Below, piece by piece: positions 59,024 to 64,000 of a DNA stretch of 64,000 bases. The stretch spans positions 1,375-65,374 of the forward strand of contig CAZWVB010000002.1 of assembly GCA_964637185.1 (NCBI GenBank), written 5' to 3'. The stretch comes from an uncultured Candidatus Saccharibacteria bacterium (GTDB taxonomy: Bacteria > Patescibacteriota > Saccharimonadia > CAILAD01 > BJGX01). The position numbers and the translations under genes were made by a program. The notes beneath the pieces are model-generated. The model was not told the origin of the DNA. It saw only the letters and a list, made by a program, of their open reading frames with translations, and did not search any database. Position 1 is the first letter of the stretch. Each line of letters opens with the position of its first letter.

Positions 59024-59793
59024 ATTGCTACCTTGTAGAGTCAATAGATAACCAAAAAGCTCACATCCAAAACTTCTTATCATTGATACGCAAAAGTAAG
59101 ATCGACGGACAAAATTATGAGGTGCAAAGAAGTACTCAACAGCAGTATCGTTTTCCTGCTTTACCTGATAACTGCAATACAGTAATTTTTGTTGGTACAG
59201 ACAAGTTTTTGGAAGCTGGACTATGGCATTATCGTGACTTTAAGTCGGCCGCATTTGGATATCTAGCTTATGATTTCCAGTCGTCCGTGGCCAAGGATAT
59301 GCAGCTCAACAGCCCAGAAGTTGCTGTCAAAGCTATCAAAAACCGCAAAGTCATCACCTATCAGCCACTACAAACCAATCATGGATTTGTATTATTCAAA
59401 TTGGAGCTTGATTTTGGCACGACGCCGCAAAAAGTACAGCTTCATCTCGATCAAAAATTGCAGCTACAGACTGAGATCAATAGATTGGTGGTAGTCTATC
59501 ATCCCGATCACCCTTTTGCGCACACCGACCAATTTGAGATTGAAGGCTACGCGATCGACCATAACGAATCCAATCAAGACAACCCCCTCAAACTACCCTT
59601 CCCTCTAGTCAAAGCTAAGCAGCAACAGTTACTCGCCAGATTGGCGGCATCTTACACGACCATACAGGCTGCCCAAAAAGACATAGTTGCCACTAGTCAA
59701 GCTCATTACAAACTGCCGCTGCGTATTACTATAAGTAAACAAAAACTGCGGTTGATAGCGCCTCGTGAGGAGCTCAAACGTCTTCATGGTTGA
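59020..59793 (+). CDS. Hypothetical protein, possibly a degenerate diacylglycerol-kinase-like fold
   Basis: TVIFVGTD and GYLA..SSVAKDM loosely resemble DAGK motifs. ATGA overlap with the bactofilin gene. Confidence 0.45.
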   Translation: MNCYLVESIDNQKAHIQNFLSLIRKSKIDGQNYEVQRSTQQQYRFPALPDNCNTVIFVGTDKFLEAGLWHYRDFKSAAFGYLAYDFQSSVAKDMQLNSPEVAVKAIKNRKVITYQPLQTNHGFVLFKLELDFGTTPQKVQLHLDQKLQLQTEINRLVVVYHPDHPFAHTDQFEIEGYAIDHNESNQDNPLKLPFPLVKAKQQQLLARLAASYTTIQAAQKDIVATSQAHYKLPLRITISKQKLRLIAPREELKRLHG

Positions 59794-59855
59794 ATTCTCT
59801 TGATTCAATCTGCAGATCATGCTACAATATCCATCAGCAATTCGGAGAAACTTCA

Positions 59856-60374
59856 ATAAAAAAACGTTTTCGACTAAATCATGAAATAAAAGCTCCTACG
59901 GTTCGTCTACTGGGAGTCGATGGTAGTCAGATCGGCATCGTCGATATACAGACTGCCCGCCGCCGGACCGAAGAGGAAGGTTATGATCTAGCCGAAGTAT
60001 CTCCCGATGCCAAGCCGCCAGTGGTCAAGATGATCGACTGGGGCAAGTACCAGTACGAACAGGCCAAACAAGAATCGCGTGCTCGACGCAATCAGAAGAG
60101 CATCGAAGTCAAGCAAGTTCGTATGGGTTTGAAAATTGGTGAGCACGATATGGACGTCAAACGACGCCAAGTTAGCAAATTCCTAGAAGCTGGCAACAAG
60201 GTCAAGATCACCGCCCGCTTCAAAGGTCGTGAGATGGCCCGCAAAGAATTGGGACCACCCGTGATAATGCGATTTCTTGAGCCACTCAATGAGCTTGCCC
60301 AGATCGAGCAAGAGCCTACCATGGCCGGCCGTGATATGTCGATAGTAGTAGCACCCAAAAACAAACCAAGGTAG
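59856..60374 (+). CDS. infC: Translation initiation factor IF-3 (probable ATA start)
   Basis: RLNHEI..VRL, DLAEVSP.AKPPV.K..DWGKY.YE, G.KVK...RFKGRE. SD GGAG 8 nt before ATA at 59856. Confidence 0.95.
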   Translation: MKKRFRLNHEIKAPTVRLLGVDGSQIGIVDIQTARRRTEEEGYDLAEVSPDAKPPVVKMIDWGKYQYEQAKQESRARRNQKSIEVKQVRMGLKIGEHDMDVKRRQVSKFLEAGNKVKITARFKGREMARKELGPPVIMRFLEPLNELAQIEQEPTMAGRDMSIVVAPKNKPR

Positions 60375-60401
60375 TAAGCACCGAAGCAAAGGAAGAAGAC
60401 A

Positions 60402-60599
60402 ATGCCCAAGCGTAAGACCAACAAAACTATGTCCAAACGAATCAAGCTGAGTAAGACCGGCAAGGTTTTGCGTCTGCAAGCGTCACGTGCCCACAAACTC
60501 AGTGGTAAGTCTGCCGCCCGTAGGCGCACTTACGCGCTTGATCACGGTATGGCGCATGGTGATAGTCAAAATGCCAAGAAAATGGTAGGAGCACGATAA
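60402..60599 (+). CDS. rpmI: 50S ribosomal protein L35
   Basis: MPKRKTNK..SKR.K...TGK. Canonical infC-rpmI-rplT order. Confidence 0.93.
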   Translation: MPKRKTNKTMSKRIKLSKTGKVLRLQASRAHKLSGKSAARRRTYALDHGMAHGDSQNAKKMVGAR

Positions 60600-60600
60600 T

Positions 60601-60942
60601 ATGCGCGTCAAAAGAGGCGTTACTGCCCGCAATCGCCACAAAAAAATATTGAAGATGGCCAAAGGCTACAGCAAGGCCCGCCGCTCTAGCTACCGCAAGG
60701 CCAACGAAGCTGTCATCAAGGCCCTATCCTACCAGTACCGCGATCGCCGCAACCGCAAGCGCGACTTCCGCAGTCTTTGGATCACTCGTATCTCTGCCGC
60801 TGCCAAAGCCAATGGTACCAGCTACTCTGTACTCATGGATAAGCTCAATAAGGCCAAAGTGGGCCTAAACCGCAAGATGCTTAGCGAAGTAGCCGCCCGC
60901 TACCCCGAAGCTTTCTCCGAAATCGTCAAGTCCGCCAAATAA
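60601..60942 (+). CDS. rplT: 50S ribosomal protein L20
   Basis: MRVKRG, AKGY, YRDRR.RKRDFR.LWI.RI, LNRKML. Confidence 0.97.
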   Translation: MRVKRGVTARNRHKKILKMAKGYSKARRSSYRKANEAVIKALSYQYRDRRNRKRDFRSLWITRISAAAKANGTSYSVLMDKLNKAKVGLNRKMLSEVAARYPEAFSEIVKSAK

Positions 60943-60946
60943 TGCC

Positions 60947-60970
60947 AGAGCTCCCAAGGGAGCTCTTTTT
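60947..60970 (+). terminator. Intrinsic terminator after rplT
   Basis: AGAGCTCCC/GGGAGCTCT + T-tract. Confidence 0.8.
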
Positions 60971-60972
60971 GG

Positions 60973-61380
60973 TCACTTGGGAGCCGTGCGCTCGGCCTCA
61001 TGGATAAGTTTCATCCGCTCCAGAAGACGCTGCGCCAAGAATGGAGGCTGATCCTTACTATGTGTATCAATAAACTCCTGAGTGATAGCCTTGGCAAGTG
61101 ATTTTTCCAGCCTTTCCACGTCTTTTTTGGGCAGTGTGGATACCACACCACAATTATCGCAGCTACGTGTTTGGGCTATCACTGTCTTGATCTGAGATAC
61201 GTATCTATAGGGCTTCTCACCCTCTTTCAGTTTATAGACGGTCGGGGTACCCAATTGATGGGAAACCCCACACATCAAACACTGCAATGTAAAGTGTGCT
61301 TCCAAGGCCGGTGCCACTTGTGTGAAATGTCGGCTTTTTTGATCAAATACCACGTTGAGGTTGACTGCCGTTAGGATCAA
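60973..61380 (-). CDS. Hypothetical protein with two CxxC motifs (putative zinc ribbon)
   Basis: SD AAGGAG before TTG. CLMCG and CDNCG. Confidence 0.65.
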   Translation of the reverse strand: MILTAVNLNVVFDQKSRHFTQVAPALEAHFTLQCLMCGVSHQLGTPTVYKLKEGEKPYRYVSQIKTVIAQTRSCDNCGVVSTLPKKDVERLEKSLAKAITQEFIDTHSKDQPPFLAQRLLERMKLIHEAERTAPK

Positions 61381-61409
61381 CTTTACTCCTTATTGTAGGT
61401 ACAATGTGC

Positions 61410-61438
61410 AAAAAAAAAGCCGCCCGATCGGGCGGCTT
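61410..61438 (-). terminator. Intrinsic terminator
   Basis: AAGCCGCCC/GGGCGGCTT + U9 on the minus strand. Confidence 0.85.
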
Positions 61439-61509
61439 AGAGCCTGGTTTGAGGCAAAGGATTATTACACATCGAAAGTAAGTATAAGAAGTATTGAAAT
61501 TTTTGTCAA

Positions 61510-62760
61510 CTACAGAGCCTTGAGAGCCTGAATTGGTCGTTTGCGAGCAGCCTTGATAGCTGGTGCCACACCAAATACTATTCCAACAAACAATGACACG
61601 CCGATTGCTAGCAAGAATGACTTTGTTGAGTAGACAGGTGTGATATTGGCAAACTTTTTAATCAATAAGCCGGCCAGATACGCTAAGCCTAGCCCTAGCA
61701 GGCCACCGATCAGCGACAAGACGATTGCCTCGGTCATGAATTGACCCAAGATGTTCCAGAAGGTCGCCCCGACAGCCTTACGTATGCCTATCTCGCGGGT
61801 TCGCTCACTGACGGTTACGAGCATGATATTCATAATACCTATTCCACCTACCAGCAAGCTGATGGCAGCAATAGCAATCACAAATGAGCTCAAGATATCT
61901 AAAATACTGTTAAATGTACTTAGCAGCTCCTCTTGAGTAAGCACACTAAAGTCATCACTACCATTGTGATTGGCCTTGATACTCTGCTCCAATGATTGTT
62001 TTACACTGTCGACATTCTTAGGGTCATTCACCTGCACTAGTATTCGAAATACTTGATTGGAGCCAGATAATTCCTGGGCCACAGTAGAAGGCATATAGAC
62101 TATGTCTTCACCAACACCTAACCCAGTATCAGATCCTTCGGCTCGTTTCTGAACACCAATGACTTTGAATTGTTTCCCCCTTATACCTACAGTTTTACCT
62201 ATTGGGTCTTCGCTACCAAACAAATTCTGCTTTGTATCATCACCTATCACAACTACATAGGCTTTGTTGACGTCATCTTGGCTGGTAAAAAAGCTGCCCG
62301 AACCTAACTTGATGTCGCGTATCGAGAAATAATCTGGCGTAGTACCAAATATGTAAGCTGTATTGCTGGACAGATCATTGCGTGTCACATTGGATGATAT
62401 CAGAGTAACTGATGTGGTCTTGTCCACATCGGCAGTCTTGGAGGCCATCTTCACATCCGTCTCCGTTAGTGTTGGAGCGCCCAAACTACTACCGAAGCTT
62501 GGACCAGCTGCACTGCTACGTTGTTGCTGGCCATTGCGAGCCGTGCTGGTAGATTGCCCAATTTTACCAGAAGTGATTGTCAGCACGTTAGTACCAAGAC
62601 TACTGATTTGGCCACCTACTTGAGCTTTTACTCCATCACCTATACCTATCATTACTAATACTGCAAAAACACCTATAACAATGCCTAACACAGTAAGAAA
62701 TGACCGCAATTTAGCACCTGCTATGCTACCAAAAGCGCTACGAATGTTTTGTATTATCAT
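61510..62760 (-). CDS. MacB/FtsX-like ABC transporter permease
   Basis: RSFLT.LGIVIG, VGGIGIMNIMLVTV.ERTREIGIRKAVGA, PA.KAA...PI.AL. Confidence 0.93.
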   Translation of the reverse strand: MIIQNIRSAFGSIAGAKLRSFLTVLGIVIGVFAVLVMIGIGDGVKAQVGGQISSLGTNVLTITSGKIGQSTSTARNGQQQRSSAAGPSFGSSLGAPTLTETDVKMASKTADVDKTTSVTLISSNVTRNDLSSNTAYIFGTTPDYFSIRDIKLGSGSFFTSQDDVNKAYVVVIGDDTKQNLFGSEDPIGKTVGIRGKQFKVIGVQKRAEGSDTGLGVGEDIVYMPSTVAQELSGSNQVFRILVQVNDPKNVDSVKQSLEQSIKANHNGSDDFSVLTQEELLSTFNSILDILSSFVIAIAAISLLVGGIGIMNIMLVTVSERTREIGIRKAVGATFWNILGQFMTEAIVLSLIGGLLGLGLAYLAGLLIKKFANITPVYSTKSFLLAIGVSLFVGIVFGVAPAIKAARKRPIQALKAL

Positions 62761-63449
62761 CGATTGCCCCCTACTATCTGACTATCCAGCATATGGATGG
62801 TGCGTCCAGCATAACGCGCTATGTCCGAGCTATGCGTCACTACGACAATGGTCATGCCACGCTGATTGAGCTTTTGCAGCAGGCGCATTATCTCATCGCT
62901 GGTTTTGCTATCCAGATTGCCAGTTGGCTCGTCTGCCAGTAGAAGGCTTGGCTTGTTGACCAAGGCTCGCGCGATCGCTGCGCGCTGCACCTGACCACCG
63001 CTGAGGCGATTGGTGCGATTACGCAGCTTGTCGCCCAGCCCAACCTGACGCAGTACTTTTGTAGCCCTTTCTTTGCGCGTTCGAGACCTCAACCGCTTAT
63101 AAACCAAGGGTAGCTCAACATTGCGCAGAATATTCATTCTTGGCAGTAGATTAAAATTTTGGAAAACGAAACCAATCTTGTCGCGGCGCAACTTGGACAG
63201 TTTTCTTTCTTTCATGCAAGTGATATCAACACCGTCTAGCAAGTATACTCCTGTCGATGGAACGTCCAGTAAACCAATTATATTCATCAGGGTCGACTTA
63301 CCAGAGCCAGATGGCCCCATAATTGCTACGAATTCACCTTTTTTGATCTCAAGCTTGATATTTTTCAGCGCATCATAAACACCCGCCTCATCATCGTAGC
63401 GCTTACCGACTTCGTACAAACCTATTACTACGTCACTTGTTTCTGACAT
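62757..63449 (-). CDS. MacB/LolD-like ABC transporter ATP-binding protein
   Basis: GPSGSGKST, LSGGQ, LLADEPTGNLD, VVTH. Confidence 0.95.
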   Translation of the reverse strand: MSETSDVVIGLYEVGKRYDDEAGVYDALKNIKLEIKKGEFVAIMGPSGSGKSTLMNIIGLLDVPSTGVYLLDGVDITCMKERKLSKLRRDKIGFVFQNFNLLPRMNILRNVELPLVYKRLRSRTRKERATKVLRQVGLGDKLRNRTNRLSGGQVQRAAIARALVNKPSLLLADEPTGNLDSKTSDEIMRLLQKLNQRGMTIVVVTHSSDIARYAGRTIHMLDSQIVGGNR

Positions 63450-64000
63450 ATTCCAATTGTAGCTGACTATCCTGGTCGACAACAAGCTTCTTGATGACAA
63501 TATTGTCATCACTCAAAAGAATATTTTTTGTGTTCGATAGCTCCAGATGATAGCTACTTGGCATTTGCACTTCCAACTGCAGGCTGTAAGGCCAGCCACC
63601 AAACTGCTTATCTACTTGCTGGGCAAACACTACTCTATCGGTCATTGCCAATTGGCTCGGTAATTTGTAAGTGAGCGACATATCCGCTGCACCAGTGGGA
63701 TCGAGGGTTTTTGTAATAGTAAACGTTGTAAATCCCTCTTCATTTGAAGTGATTATTGGGTCATCACTGCCTTGGCTACTTACCAATGTGCTACCTGTTG
63801 GCACTGCTATTTTGATACTACTGATATTACGTTTGACAAGCCAATTAGGCAATCCACTTTTTGCCTCAATATAAGGATACAAATAACTATCCGCATTGTG
63901 TACGCGACGAATCTTTATTGTATTAATTACACTGCCATCACTATTTATTGTAGAATGCTTTTGCATATTTGACTTCATATAACTACTACTTTTATCTGCC
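63433..64000 (-). CDS. C-terminal part of an exported protein (DUF4012-like), 5' end outside the window
   Basis: Frame open to the window edge (..ADKSSSYMK..). VP.GS.L, L.Y.LP and KQ.G pattern. Confidence 0.55.
   Translation of the reverse strand, partial: ADKSSSYMKSNMQKHSTINSDGSVINTIKIRRVHNADSYLYPYIEAKSGLPNWLVKRNISSIKIAVPTGSTLVSSQGSDDPIITSNEEGFTTFTITKTLDPTGAADMSLTYKLPSQLAMTDRVVFAQQVDKQFGGWPYSLQLEVQMPSSYHLELSNTKNILLSDDNIVIKKLVVDQDSQLQLEYVRNK

Overview
A compact, mostly housekeeping chromosome segment, probably from a Patescibacteria/CPR (Saccharibacteria-like) bacterium. The taxonomy is inferred from gene content and promoter style. Housekeeping genes include gyrB-gyrA, pheS-pheT, trpS, argS, smpB, tmRNA, rmuC, a UvrD-nuclease fusion, class I fba, gmk, comM and infC-rpmI-rplT. 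Five things stand out. (1) At 18.5-23.2 kb there is a degenerate F1-type ATPase cassette (alpha, gamma, beta, short epsilon) with no a, b or delta genes. It is headed by a secreted-domain protein ending in a c-subunit-like hairpin (RNP loop) that lacks the ion-binding carboxylate. The cassette lies between a VirD4-like ATPase, an LPxTG/PKD surface protein and two giant membrane-anchored tail-fibre-like adhesins, so it is a candidate ATP-driven, ion-uncoupled rotary surface machine. (2) A four-gene operon at 1.2-5.5 kb encodes exported proteins, three of which carry 1, 2 or 4 copies of an Asn/Ser/Thr/Gly-rich repeat (candidate functional amyloid or beta-solenoid fibre). (3) PheT carries an intact NlpC/P60 peptidase domain inserted in its B5 domain. 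(4) An unidentified ~490-nt structured RNA at 35.1-35.6 kb has its own promoter and terminator. (5) A GC-rich purE-purC islet and a glycolipid glycosyltransferase cluster flank the tmRNA gene. No CRISPR array, integrase, transposase, rRNA or tRNA gene was seen.
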